A stretch of 64,000 nucleotides of DNA, from positions 2,167,451 through 2,231,450 of the forward strand of contig MU058289.1 of the NCBI GenBank assembly GCA_013265495.1. Reading direction: 5' to 3'. A model generated the notes under the pieces. That model did no database searches, was not told where the DNA came from, and was given only the letters and a program-made list of their open reading frames with translations. The position numbers were made by a program, and so were the translations under genes. Of the stretch, positions 1 to 12,495 are shown one piece after another (position 1 is the stretch's first letter; each line of letters begins with the position of its first letter). The DNA comes from Vicugna vicugna. Taxonomy: Eukaryota.

Positions 1-2633
1 AGGAAGGGGTGAGGATGCGGGGTGTGGACCAGGGGCCCATTTTGGAGGGGAGTTGGTCCTGTCTGGGCCTAATGATCAGAAAGCATCACTCCAGGTCTCA
101 GGAGCGTCTGGCGGGGCATTACCCTGTAGGAGCCGTCATTTCTGTTTGGCTCCCAGAGCAAGCAGACGGCTGTGATTTTGCTGCAAGGTTTGGTGCCAAT
201 TTTTAGAAAATTCTCATCCAGACCTCTTATATTCTGGTGCAGAAAGACGCTCCCTGTGGGAGCAATTATTCTAGGCTGCGAGTTTTTCCCTCCTAACTCT
301 GAATTCTGTAGATGTCATGAAGGGTTTAGTCCAAGAACTTTGAAAGCCGTTTCTGTCTGCCAGCAGGCACATATGCTTTTAAAACCTGGAGGTAGTTTAT
401 GATGGAACCACAGAGAGGATTTCCCACTTAGAGGTCCCAGCAACAGGTGTCGTGTCCTGGAGCTGTTGTGAAGCCGGAGTTGTGTCGCGCACAAGCCCCT
501 GGGGCCAGGCTGGCCTCTGTGCCCTGCGCCGTGACTCCCCTCGGTCTGTGGTGTGGAGGGTGGGCAGTGTGAGCCTTTGAGCCTTCACAGCTGTGGATGG
601 GCATGCCGTGGTCTTGGCTGTGGCCTCCACCTCACTCAGCCAACCCAGAAGAGAGGGGGAAAGGTGCAGGGTCGGGTGGACGGTCAGAGAGGGGCTTCTG
701 CAGTTCTCAGGGACCTGGGAGTCCTTGCATGGTGTTTGAGGTATGGAAGAGACGAGGGTGACTGGGAGCCAGACTGCTGCTGTCTGGCTGTGATCTGTGT
801 CCAATGTTGGTGACAGGCCTTGGGCCAGGGATCTGGGCTAGCATGTCATTCCTGTGGAGTGTCCTAGGTTCCTTCAGTCCCCTGCACTGCCATGACCCAA
901 GTCCCCTCCTGGCCCCTGCTTCTCTGACCAGATGATACGATGGCCCCTGCTTGTGGACGAGGCCCTGGCCACAAAGGCTGGCTTTTCCTGGCTTCAGCAC
1001 CTGTGGGAACCTGGCGTTGTTACTGTTGCTCACAGATCCAGCTGACTGCGTTCATGTTAATTCCGCTGTTTGGTTAGAAAAGCCAGCTCTGCGGTGGCCG
1101 AGCCCCGGTGCCCACAACTCCTCATTCCCCTCTGCTCCTGCGTCGTATGTCCCCCTGCAGCTGCCCCTGTGAGCATGCCACGCCCACCCTGGGGGCTGCA
1201 CTCGTGACAGCACTTTGGGTTCCCTCATTTGGGCATGGGGGTTGCCTCCCTTCTGTGTCCCGGCCTGGGGTGGGTCTGTTCTCATGGCATGACCCTCAGG
1301 ATCAGCATGGTAGCCTGCCTGGCTGCTCTCCTGGGTGTCCTGGCAAAGGCCAGAGCTATAGCTATCACTCCAGGGCGGGCCTGGGGTGACTGGGGCTGGT
1401 TGGTGGAGAGCCCTGCCTGTCCAGCGCTCCCATCCCACTGCTGCTGACCCTGCCTGATGGCTGTTAGGCTCAGGGCCTGGCTGGGCTTTGTTTCTGCTGT
1501 TTCACTTTTTCTTGGTGTTCATTCCAGCAAGAGAAGTGGGGTCTGACTGCTCAGCCTGGAGCCGGCTGGTGGCTCTGAAAATGAGCACTCTGGGTCCAGG
1601 AGGCTGATGTCAGCTGGGCCCTGACCCCTTGGGTGGTGAGTAGCCCTTTTGTGAGGTAGGGGTTCCTGGGGAAACGGGGTCCCAGCTGCAGCACTGGGGA
1701 AAGGGGGTCCTCCTGAACACACAGTTTGCAAATGGGGCACCTCCTTGCTATTTCTTGCCACAGCCAGCTGGCATGTGTCTCTGGGCCCTGGGTGACGTTC
1801 TGCTGAGGGGTAGGAGGCAAGGAGGCACAGGCCACTGGTACTGGCTGCAGCTGGACGAGTGTCACTCCCCCACAGATGAAAAGACCCAGGCAGGGGTGTG
1901 CAGATGCCAGAGCGAGTCTCGGCCGGAGTGTGGTAGCCGCCTTCCCCCTCAGTGAGGGGCTGTTCAGAACAGGCTCTCTGCAGTCCATATATTTTCAGCA
2001 CGAGCTGGAGTCTTTGAATCATTTATCTTGGCAGCTCTTCTTGAAACTGGAGAAAGGTAAAAATTCATCTAGGTGCTGAGAAAGGAGCCTGGAAGAAGAA
2101 AGTGTCTGGTGGCTGCCGTGATGGGTGGCGTGCCTGGAGATAGTGCTGGTGGCTCAGAGATCAAACAGCTGAGAAATGGTTTCCCGGGAAGAACTCAGGG
2201 AATTCTAAGTAGGTAATGAGTAGTGACTTTCTTTTGATTTACGGCAAGACTTGGCAATCAATCCATAATGCTTTGAAGAGGAAAGAAGTGAATCTCTAAG
2301 AGGCTGCAGTCTGGACGGTTCGGACTGACAGCCCTTCCTGGGGGTGGGGGTGGGCGCCAGAACCCCTGCCAGGGGGGCGGGCTGCTGGGGGCTCTGCTTC
2401 TCCCTTCTGCTGCAAGGACGCAGGCCCCTCCTGGCAGGCGACCGCTCTATGGCTGGAGCTGGCTTGGGGGAGGGGCTCTTCACATCCTCTCTGTGGCCTC
2501 TGAGGTCTTGGCTTTGACCCTGGTGGGACTCTGGTTCAGCTTCCGGGTCAAGGGTGATTTAGGCCCTGGTGGTTTGCAGCCACAGCCTCTCTGAGAGCTC
2601 CGGGGCCTCTCATCGCTCTGGCCTGAAGGCGCC

Positions 2634-2893
2634 TGTGTTAGTGTGCCAGGGCTGCCTTAGCAAAATGCCGCAGCCCAGGGGCTTAAGCAGCAGAAACGTG
2701 TTTTCTGATAGTCCTGGGAGCTGGAAGAGACAAAGTCAAGGTGTGGGCAAGTTTGCTTTCGTCTGAGGCCTCTCTCCTTGGCTTGCAGAGTGTCCTCACA
2801 TGGCCTTTCCTCTATGGGCGCACATCCCTGGTATCTCTGTGCCCTCATCTTTTCCTCCTGTAAGGATGTCAGTCAGATTGGATTAGGGCCACT
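2634..2893 (-). mobile_element. MLT1-type (ERVL-MaLR) solo LTR fragment, truncated by the N gap
   Basis: tgtgttagtgtgccagggctgcc...cagaaacgtgttttct...tctgaggcctctctccttggcttgcag...cagattggattagggcccac resembles the MLT1A-D consensus in antisense orientation. Confidence 0.8.
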
Positions 2894-3025
2894 NNNNNNN
2901 NNNNNNNNNNNNNNNNNNNNNNNNNNNNNNNNNNNNNNNNNNNNNNNNNNNNNNNNNNNNNNNNNNNNNNNNNNNNNNNNNNNNNNNNNNNNNNNNNNNN
3001 NNNNNNNNNNNNNNNNNNNNNNNNN
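2894..3025. other. Assembly gap (132 N)
   Basis: Run of n characters. Confidence 1.
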
Positions 3026-3844
3026 AGAGTACCTCTGCTCCCTGGAGAAATCAGGCCTGGCTCTATGTCTGCCGGTTCACTCCCAGTGACTTAGAAGCAC
3101 CCACTTTCCAGGGGGGTCGGGGTAGCCTCAGGGGCCAGACGCATAGCTGATGTTCCAGAGGGGAAGGCAGACAGGCAGAATTACCTGTGGGGAGAAGTTG
3201 GAGTTCAGGAAGGGAAAGGGAGCTGACGGCCCAGCACTGACCACTCGGCGAGGGGCACAGAGGGCGGGTCCTTGTGGGTAAGAGTGGAGCCGGTGGCAGC
3301 TGAGGTCTCGGTGAGACACCCCTCTGAGTGTCTGTGAGCCAAGTGACTTGACCTGGTGAGACTGTGGCTTTGGGTGGCGAGTGGACAGAGGCGGCAGCAG
3401 GAGGGCAGTGAGGGGGCCGGGCTGGGCACAGGGCTGCGGGAGGAGAGAAGGGTGGGCTGGAGGATGTTTGGGGCTGGATCTGAGGACTCGCCGACAGATG
3501 GGATGTCGGGGCTGGGAGGGGAGTGGTGGAGTCCTGGGCTTCTGACCTGCTGCCTGGTGGTGCCGGGCCTGCTGTGCAGATGAGTCACGCTTCCCGGTGT
3601 CTGTTGCCTGTCGTCCCTTTACAGGCAAGTCTGGTCCAGACAGCTCCGGGTGCTTGTTCCCAGACTGCCTGCTTCCTTTGCTCATGCCTCCTACCTCCCA
3701 GCCATTGTCGTTCTGGCCTGAAACAGAAACTCTGCCTTCGGGCTGTGCTTTTATGAGGTCCATGAATTTGGAAAGGAAAGAGATCCCTGGGGCCCTGCTG
3801 CACTTTCATTCAGGGCCTGGCTGTATTTCATGACCCCGCCTTGA

Positions 3845-4050
3845 GTGTATGGTGTGTGTGTGTGTGTGGTATGTGTGTGCTGTGTTTGTGTGGAGTACGT
3901 GTGGTATGTATGAGGTGTGTGTGTGCTGTGGTGTGCACGTGGTATATATGAGGTATGTGTGTGGTGTGCGTGTGGTGTGTATGAGGTGTGTGTGTGTGCT
4001 GAGTTTGTGTGGTGTGCGTGTGTCTAGTGTGTGTGTGGGGGGGTATGTGG
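3845..4050. repeat. Imperfect TG-rich simple repeat
   Basis: ~200 nt of gtgtgt/ggtgtg/gtatg variants. Confidence 0.9.
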
Positions 4051-4359
4051 TAGGCACGCCCCTGCAGCGTGCCCCCTTACTCTGCCCACCGGAGAGCACA
4101 CAGGCCTGGCCCTTGCAGGTTCCCTTAGGCCTCGGGCAGGAGAGTCTAATGACACCAATGGGCCAGCTCTCCAGAGGGCAGATTTGTGGGGCCACCATCT
4201 GGAGGAGTGAGGAGGAGCCCGGGGGCAGTGGGTCTGGGGTCTTAGAAATGACACATCAGTGACCTTTGTGGACAGGAAGCTGGTTGTTTTCAAGGAGAAG
4301 CCAGGGAGCACTCAAGGAGACAAAACCCCTGAGTGTCTGTCAGTCAGACCACTCCTCTT

Positions 4360-4430
4360 TCAGCCCATTTGTTCAGCAAGCATTTATTAAGCACCTACTG
4401 TGTGCCAGGCACTGTTCTAAAGCCCCCAGG
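4360..4430 (-). mobile_element. L2 LINE 3' end fragment
   Basis: catttgttcagcaagcatttattaagcacctactgtgtgccaggcactgttcta is the typical L2 terminus in antisense orientation. Confidence 0.8.
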
Positions 4431-4584
4431 GTGCAGCAGTGAAGGAGAGGCCCTCCCCTCTGGAGCTCATCCTGGGGAGAGAGGCAGTGGACATCGTTTC
4501 CAGAGACCTGGGCCCTGGTACTCCTGAGAGCAAGTGAGGGTACGGTGTATTTCATCCTCATGGCAACCATCTGCGTGTAGGGGC

Positions 4585-4710
4585 TATTGTTACACCTCTT
4601 TTACAGGCAAAGAAAGTGAGGAACAAAGAGGCTGAGAAACTTGTCCAAGGCTGTCCCATTGACAAGCAGAGGAGCCAGGATTTGAACCCTGGCCAATGCT
4701 CTGGGGCCTG
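4585..4710 (-). mobile_element. MIR SINE
   Basis: ttttacaggcaaagaaagtgagg...gaaacttgtccaagg...gagccaggatttgaaccc matches the MIR core and its tRNA-derived part. Confidence 0.8.
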
Positions 4711-6060
4711 CGATCTTGGCTGCTTGGCCGCGGCGACCTCTGCCCAGGGGATGGGGGCCTGCTTCTTTGGACCTGGCAGTGATCACTGGACAACACAGGG
4801 TGCCAGAAAGGCCCAGTTACCTTCTGTGGGAGTTCTGATTTTTTAAATACCCATAAAAATGAAAAACGACCAATACTTATCACTTTATGAATTATGACAT
4901 AGAACCTCATGCCAGAATCCTGGGGGAATCTGGCCAACTCTAGGTAAGGAAGAAGGTTCTGCCTCCTAAAGTGGAAAGAGACTGCCTAAGAAATGGCAGG
5001 ACGTCCAACCCCCTCCCCCTGCTCCCCCACCACCACCCCGGTCAAGGTCAGCTTCGGCCAGGATGCCCAGGAGGCCATTGTCTTGAGGCTAAGGCATAGC
5101 CCTCAAAGGTTATTGCAGCCTCTTTAACTTTCTCTGGCCCTTTAGAGACCACAGGTCCAGAGCAAAGAGACAGCCTGGGCAGGGAGAGGTGGGGCAGACA
5201 TGAAGAGGGCACAGAGAGGTGGCAGAGGTCACCAGCCCGGATGGATTGTTCTGGAACCGTAGACAGGGCAGAGGGAACAGGCCCTGCAGCAGCCTGGTAT
5301 CCAGCAGGTGCTCAGTAAGTATTCCTGAGGAGGGGGAGGAGGGCTTGGCCGGCTCCTCACTCAACCCTTGGAGGATTCAGGGTCCAAGCAGTGTCCAGCC
5401 TGGCTGGGGCCAAAGTCATGCACATCAGAGAGAGGCTGTGCCCCGCCCCACCCCACCCCATACTGTGTGCTCCCCCAGGCAGCCTCGCTTCCTGTGGCTG
5501 TGGTCACCCGCCCTGGTACGCCCGGCGGCCCAGTGGTTATCAAGGCATCGGGCCCATACCCGTGGGTCGGCAGATAAGGGGCATGTTGGTGTCGCAATGA
5601 GGCGCGTGTGGCAATGGTTCACAGGTGGTCCCCGGGCCAGACAAAGGCCAGCCTCACTGGAAAGATGTTCATAAGAGGGCAGGCTGAGGACGCCATCTCT
5701 GGAGGCTTGGGAGAGCCAGAGCTGACCTCTCTGGGCCTGGTGGAACCTGCACAAACCAGGCTCATGGCCCCTTCAAGACCGTGATTTTCCAGAACCGTTC
5801 CCAGATGTAGTAAGTGCAGCCAGAACTGGCTAGGAACTCCATTTAGGGCTGTCCATTTCAGAGAGCTCTAATCTGGCCGTTCAGAGGGTTCCCCAGGAGG
5901 ACAGCACAAGCCCCTGGACCCTCTCACTGGTCTTGGCCAATCAGATTGACAGGTGCTGCCCCACGCGCTGCCTGTCCTTAGCAAGCAGGCCACCCCTGGC
6001 CCACCCTGCCCTCCAGCCAGCGCACCTTGGCTCACCCCCAGCTTGCCTGGGCCAGTTCGT

Positions 6061-6260
6061 TGGATTGCAGACATTTATTGGAGAACCACAGATGCCAAGC
6101 AGTTTCTAGGAGTGAGGAGACAGAGGAGAGGAAAACCTATTTGTGAAGCTCTAGAGGGAAGAGAAACAAAATAAGTAAAACGTACAGTGTATTCAATGCT
6201 GACGAATACTACGGAGAACGTAAAACCAGGAAAGATGATTGAGGGAGTCCTGGGAGTGAT
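6061..6260 (-). mobile_element. Degraded L2 fragment
   Basis: cagacatttattggagaaccacagatgccaagcagtttctagg... resembles an antisense L2 3' end. Confidence 0.45.
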
Positions 6261-9200
6261 CTGTGGTTTTGAATAGGGTGATACTGGGGCCAAGTAAGAC
6301 CCAGAGGGGCCGCAGGAGGAGAGGGGCAGCGGAGAGGGCTGGGGGACAAGGGCCAAGAGGCGAGGGGTCGGGCAGAGGAGGGGCTGTCTGGTGGTGGAGG
6401 GCGGCCTTTGGCGGCTGTGCTGAACAGAGACTGCAGTGGCCCGGTGAGGAGGTGACAGTGGTGAGGAGGTGGCAGGGCCCCGGCCTGGAGCCAGGACGTT
6501 CGAGATGGGAAGCCAGCAGGTTCTGGGCATGTTTTATGCCAGGCCTGGTGAACCCAAAGACTCAGTGGTTATGGGGGAACCTGGTCCTCGTGTGATTTGG
6601 AAGGTAGGGCCAGCAGGATTTGTTGTCAGATCAAGGGTGACTCCAGGGTTTCGACTTGAGTGCCTGGAAGGATGGAATCGCTATGAAATGAGTTGGGGAG
6701 ACTGGCTGGGGGTAGAGTCCAGACCACCTGTGCCTGGGGGGACTGGGGCAGCAGAGGGGAGAGCAGGGGAAAGAGCCGTCTCCAGCCAGGGTCACCCGTC
6801 TTGTGACAGGTCCCCCTGGACTTCATTTAGAATTTTTATAAATGAACCACTGCTATGCATAAGGAAAAGCCAGCATAAAATCATTCAGGACATTTCTTGG
6901 AGCCGTGTCTGGTAAAGTTTGACGTTTGCTCCGGGGAGCATATGAAAGGCGTAATCAAGGCCTGAGTGCGGCAGCACCTGGGAGGCTGTGAGCAGATGCA
7001 ATCACGGGCGCTGACAGCTGGGGGCGCCAGCCACCCTTCCCGAGGATGGTGCTGGGCTACGTGACCCGCAGACACCTGACAAGCCAGCTGTGGTGGTCAT
7101 CTGTTGGCTGATCCTTCTCACCTTGGGATTCTTCTTTTCGGAGAGCACCCCAGGAATCTGGAACCAACGGCCTGGGCCCCCCTCAGAGACCCAGCTGCTT
7201 GGGCAGGCTTGATGGGTGTGCCAGCCTGCCCCGTGCCCAGTCCTCCTCCCTACTGCCCTGGGCAGAGGAGAAAGCCTTTGTGCTGACCTCTCTGTCCGAG
7301 ATTTGGTCCCTCTAGGACAGGATGCAGGGGGGTCTGATGCTGCTCCCCAAGCCTGGCAGAAGTCATGGCCACCAACAGAGGGGACCTCTTGTGTTACGTG
7401 CCCAGCTGAGGGGAGGTGGGGCCAGGAGGTGCAGGCCCCAGGCACTACCAGTACACCCTGGGTCCTATGAGTATGTGTGAGACGTGGCAGGTTTTGGGAG
7501 CTCTGGCCAGATCATGATTTTCTGTCCGCAGGCCATGACCCATTCAGAGCAGCCCCTAACCCTCCACTCCAGAGCCCCTCCAAGAGCAGCTACTTTTATG
7601 CTGCCCAGGAGGAGAACTGTATCGCTGGCCTGTCCTAGAGCACAGGTCCCTCTTTGCTAGAAAGCATTCTGCTAGTTTCCTGTGTTTATGTAAGAGAATG
7701 CCTCAGCCCCAAAGGAGTCATTGGTTGAGGCTTTACAGTTTTGCACCAGGGAGAGCGATCAGTGAGGGAAGAGGACTTTCCTCCAGAACAGTTGCCTTGC
7801 CAGGGCTGACCATGATGTGGGCAGGACCCTGCTGTACCCACCTCCATCACCCAAGGGCCACTCCAGTTTGGCGTGGCTGGCTGGACAGTGGTAGAGCTCA
7901 GTGGTAGATGAGTCTGGGGGCATAGTGGCCCCCAGCAAAGGTCTTAGCCTTGCATGTAATAGGGCTAAAGGGCTAGTGGAACCCTTGGCCGGCCTCTTCT
8001 CTTGATGCCCTGCAGTCTCCTTTTTCTGGCAACTCCAAAGCGGGCCAATCTGGCCCAAGAGAGGGAGCAGCCAGGCGTGTTGGTTGGGGCTGTGAGCTGG
8101 CACAGGCTTGTAAGACCGGCATTGTTTCTCCTGCTGAATGGGCACAGCATGGGAGTTGGGGTGTGGTGTCCCTGCCTCTGAGACAGTTCTCCAGGCCCAG
8201 GGAGCCGATGGGTCTGTTCACTGTGCCAGAAGCCCTGCCCCCCCCCCGGGGGGGCTGTCCTTTGAGTGCCCTTCCTGGTTCCTGAATGCTCCACAAAATC
8301 TTGGCTGGCGACATCCTCGGGGCTTGCCTCTGGGCAGTGTGCCAGCCGGCGGGATGTGGAGGGTGATTTTCAGCTGTCAGGGCGGGGATCACCCATTGCT
8401 TTAATGCACTTCTCTCCTTTTATTTCACGGCTGGACACTTCACTCCATCATTCCTCCTGCATTATTTCTTTCTGCCCATTTCACTGGCTCTGCTGTGCCT
8501 TGGTGGTTGCTGGGGAGAGCTGGGTATCTGATCCCGCGTGTTACCGAGCGTTGGGAACCCCACCTCTTCTGACAATGCGATGACATGACAGGAAGTGGTG
8601 AGGGTCAGCGAGAAAACAGGCCCCTCGCCACGTGCCCCACGCACCTCCAGAAATCCCGTCGCAGCAGCTCTGATCCTACCACCCCCTCATGTCACTGGCT
8701 GCTTACCTGTAGCGGGCAATTTGGTTGGATTTATTCCGATGGGCTCTCTGCACTTAGCAGTTGAGAAAGAGATTTGTCATTTTGCTATAGAACATCAAAC
8801 ACACCGTGGCCTAAATGACTGTGACAACAGAGAGTTCAACCACAGTCTAAAATTTCAGCATTATTTATGACGCCGAGAGGTCCAGTGTCTACGGGATCTC
8901 CTTAATCCAGTCTAAATCTGGAGTCCTGTCTCCCAGGCCTGCCCGTGTGTCTCTAATGGCTGTTAATAACAGTCCTCCAGGCGCCCTCTTTGCCGACGGA
9001 AAATCCATCTGAAGCTTTTGCATCTCATGTGGCTGTTAAAAATTGACGTCTCTTTATTGATGTAACTGGTTCCTGCCAAATACTTGGGGACAAATAAAAG
9101 TGATTGAACTCGGAGATAAGCAGAGAACCATTTGTTCATGGAATTGCTGGCCAATTGATGTTGGTAGTTAAACAAGCTATCGTTTACAAGAACCTTGAAA

Positions 9201-9489
9201 GAAAAAAAGTAGACTGTTTTGAGAAGTTGGCGTCCAGAATGCCAGGAACGGGCGATGCAGCCGTTCTGAGAGTCCGAGCCCCCGAGCTCTGGCGGCCTCC
9301 TCAGGCCTTGTCGCTTCTCCTCTCATGTGTCCTGCTTCTCTCTGCCTCGGGATCTCCTGCCTGCTCTGCCCTCTGCTGCAGACCCCCTCCTCCAGGAAGT
9401 CTTCCCAAGAGTCCCATTCCTTTGGCTGTGCTTTTGCAGCACGTGGCTCCTGCTTTGTCCAGCTTCACATGGTCACTGTTAGCCTCTCC

Positions 9490-9570
9490 GTGGACTGAGG
9501 ACCTGGGTCTGCCCTGCCCATCCCGTGGTCACAGCACATCATGGCTGGCGCATAGTAGGTATACGATGGC
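9490..9570 (+). mobile_element. L2 3' end fragment
   Basis: ggctggcgcatagtaggtatacgatggcctgatgaacga resembles gcctggcacatagtaggcgctcaataaatatttgttgaatgaa. Confidence 0.45.
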
Positions 9571-10649
9571 CTGATGAACGAGCCAGGGAGCTGGGTGTGA
9601 TGGGTCTCTCCTGGCAGCTTCCCTTCCTGGGTCCCCCAGGGATGCAGGGGTGGGGATGGGTGGGCGCACCAGGGAACACTGGCCTGGTTTTGGCCCGTCA
9701 CCCTGCGGAGTAATTACTTTAGAGCAGCAACAAGTGGGGAAGATCGAGGAGGCAATATCATTGATTTTCCCATAAAGGTGCAATTTATAGTAAGTAAGAG
9801 AACCTTCCCGGCAGTTCCTTACCCGTCTTCACTGATGGGCCCGAGCCCCTACAAGGACAGTAGACAGAGTCACTCGGGCGACCTCATCTGTGGCAGCCGC
9901 CCGAGTTCCCCCTGGTGGGCATCAGGCTCATGGCCCACTCCAGGGGCGGGTGTCCCCTCAGCACGGGTAGGAGTGCAGCTCTGGCCCCGCTGGTCTTGGT
10001 CAGGCAAGAACAGCCTGTCTTGGGCCAGTGGCAGATGCTGGAGGGGGCTTGGTCTAACCTCCATGTGAGGTGGTGGGGCCCGCTGAGGAAGGCTGCCCAT
10101 CTGAGCCCTCGTCCTGTTCCACTACTGCTCCTCCTCCACCTCCTCTTCTCCCTCCCCCCGACCTCTCCCTCCTCTCCCTCCTACTCCTCCATCACCTTTT
10201 CTCCTCTCTCTGATTCCTCTTGGCTAGAAGCAGCCCTGAAACCAAGCTGGGAGCCAAGAAGTTAGAGAGGCTCTGGGCCAGTTTGACCGCAAGCTTTTCC
10301 TCTCCTCCCCCAGCTCTGACTCGCCTTTTATTCTTCCTCTCTGCTTCCTGGAGGCCAGCCTCTTCCTCCACACCTGCTCCATCATCCAGTGACATTTGTT
10401 GAGGGATGTTCAGTGTCAGGTACCAGGCCAGCAGAGAATCTGCTGAGAGCCTGGGGGGGACGCAGACCTGCAAATGGGCCTTGGACTAGTGCAAGCACCT
10501 TGGTGGGGCTAGTGGCAGAGACCAGGTCGGGGACACTGTGAGAATGTGGTAGGAGGGGCTGGAGGCAGCCCTCTGCCTGCAGCCCTTGGAGATTCTGACC
10601 CCCAGAATGCTGATATGAGTGAGAGCGGAGGATCATAGCATCAGCACTT

Positions 10650-10720
10650 ACATGACAACATCCAAAGTATGGTGGTCATTCCCATTTCACAGGTGAGGGG
10701 ACTGAGGCCAGAGAGGCCTG
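10650..10720 (-). mobile_element. MIR core fragment
   Basis: attcccatttcacaggtgaggggactgaggccagagagg. Confidence 0.7.
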
Positions 10721-11949
10721 CTCAGGAGCCAGGACCACTACCACCAGGGAGGGCCCTGCCTGAGACTGAACCAGGGGGTGGGTAGTGGGGCCTCTGTCTC
10801 CCAGCCAGACCCAGGCACCAGTTGTTCTTTGTCCTGGGTGTGGCCAGGTGAGGGGCCTGGTGCCCCCACCTCCTGACTACCTGTCTGTTCTGAGGGGCTG
10901 AACGGCGGGAAATGACAAAGGAGGAGACCTGCTGAGTCACTCACCCCGGGGCCTCCGCTTGGCTTCCAGATCCTGTTTTTCATCACATTAATTGCATTTA
11001 TTATTCATAAACTTCTAAAAGTGGCTTCTGCGGCCTTAATTTTCCAAGCCCCCAGGCTGGCACAGCTGAGGCTCTCTGTGTCGGGCTCACCAGGGATCCG
11101 CTGTGCCTTTGAGCTGGGATCAGACGCTGGCTGATGCTGGCTGAGGGCCCTTTGAATTTGGAAATGAAAACAAAGGACCCTGGGCGTGGTGGCTTCCTGG
11201 CAGCCCAGAGAGGCTGGGTCTGTTCTCTCTGCCTAGAAGTGCCGGCTGGACAAGAAGTTGTCCCCTCAACTGCCTGTACTTGGTCACTCCCTCTCTGCCA
11301 CCTGCTTGGTCCCACCTCATCCCTCAGCATCTCTTCTGGCCCGTGCCATGGTCCTGAGTGCCCCGCATGCACAGCAGGCCAGCACATCGGGGCTTCTTCC
11401 CCTGGGAAGCTGGTATCTCCCAGGCTCCCTCTTTCTGGTTCTCTTCAAATGTTTGGACCTGTCCAGTGCTTGTGTGGCCCCCGACGGCCCTGTCTCAGTC
11501 CCTCACTCAGGGCAGGGAGGCCTGGACCTCACGTGTCGCTCCCTGTACTTCCTCCTGTCCTTCTGATCCTGCTCCCGAGGCTGAGTGGACACTCAGAGGG
11601 CAGGACCTTCCCCAGCCACTTCTGCATGTCCCCGTCTGGCACCTTCCTCCCCGAGTTGAACCGGTTTGTGTTTTCCACTCCTTCTGCCTCATCCCCGATC
11701 AAGTTTCCATTTCTGCAGAGGTCTCTCCTTATAGATGAGGGGCGTCAGAGTCCATCTGCAGAAACACATGTTCCTGCCTCTGGGGCCGGGGAAAGGCCAG
11801 CCATGCTGTCGTACCACGGGGTAGGTCTGACTTCAGAAGGCCATTTCTGCCTGCTTTGCCCAAGCTGGCCGAGGGAGGCAGGACCCAGGCCTGGTGAGAC
11901 GCTCTGATGCCTCACGCTTGGGTTCAAGCCTCTAGTTCATAAAAGGATG

Positions 11950-12495
11950 GGCTTGAATGTTTCTTCTCTGCCAGGGAAAAAGTAGCAAACATGAACACAG
12001 AGACGCTGAAATGGTCACTGGAGGATGACTGGCAACAACCGCCAAAGCTGAGCATCCCACGCCTGGTGACCCACAGTTCCACGTGGCACACAGCAGACAC
12101 AGCAGGAGACCCGTGCGAGAATGTTGTGTATGTGGGCTGGGAGTTCTCTAAGACCAGCAGGACCCAAAGCCTCGTGTGGAGATGGGTGGACTGCAGTATG
12201 TTTGTAAGATGAGCACCGTTGAGCAGTGAGGACGAACAGGTTGTTGCTGCACCCAAGGCCAGGGACAGGCTTTCCCGTGAAGTCAGGGTCAAGAGAAGGA
12301 AGAATCATTCCACTGCCTGAAGTTCCCCACCAGGCAAAGCTTTGGTGATGGAGGAGCAGGGGGCAGCAGTGGCGCCTGGCAGAGGACTAGAAAGATTCTG
12401 CATCTTGATCTAAAGGGTTCATTTGTGAAACCTTGTCAATCTGGACACCTAAGATGTGTGCAGTGTATTGTGTGTATATTATATTTCAATAAATA
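11950..12495 (+). mobile_element. Ancient L1 (L1MC/L1ME-like) 3' fragment
   Basis: Ends catttgtgaaaccttgtcaatctggacacctaagatgtgtgcagtgtattgtgtgtatattatatttcaataaa, the typical L1M 3' end. Upstream cattccactgcctgaagttccccaccaggcaaagctttggtgatggagg follows the L1M 3' UTR pattern. Confidence 0.65.

Noticed and set aside
3849-4262. Val/Cys-rich ORF (and His/Thr-rich on the other strand)
   Set aside because: Translation of the TG simple repeat.
4942-4949. AG|GTAAGG as a recursive splice site in the long intron 9
   Set aside because: No polypyrimidine tract upstream.
8238-8254. C10-G7 homopolymer palindrome
   Set aside because: Short, probably slippage-derived or sequencing-error-prone, and with no functional context.
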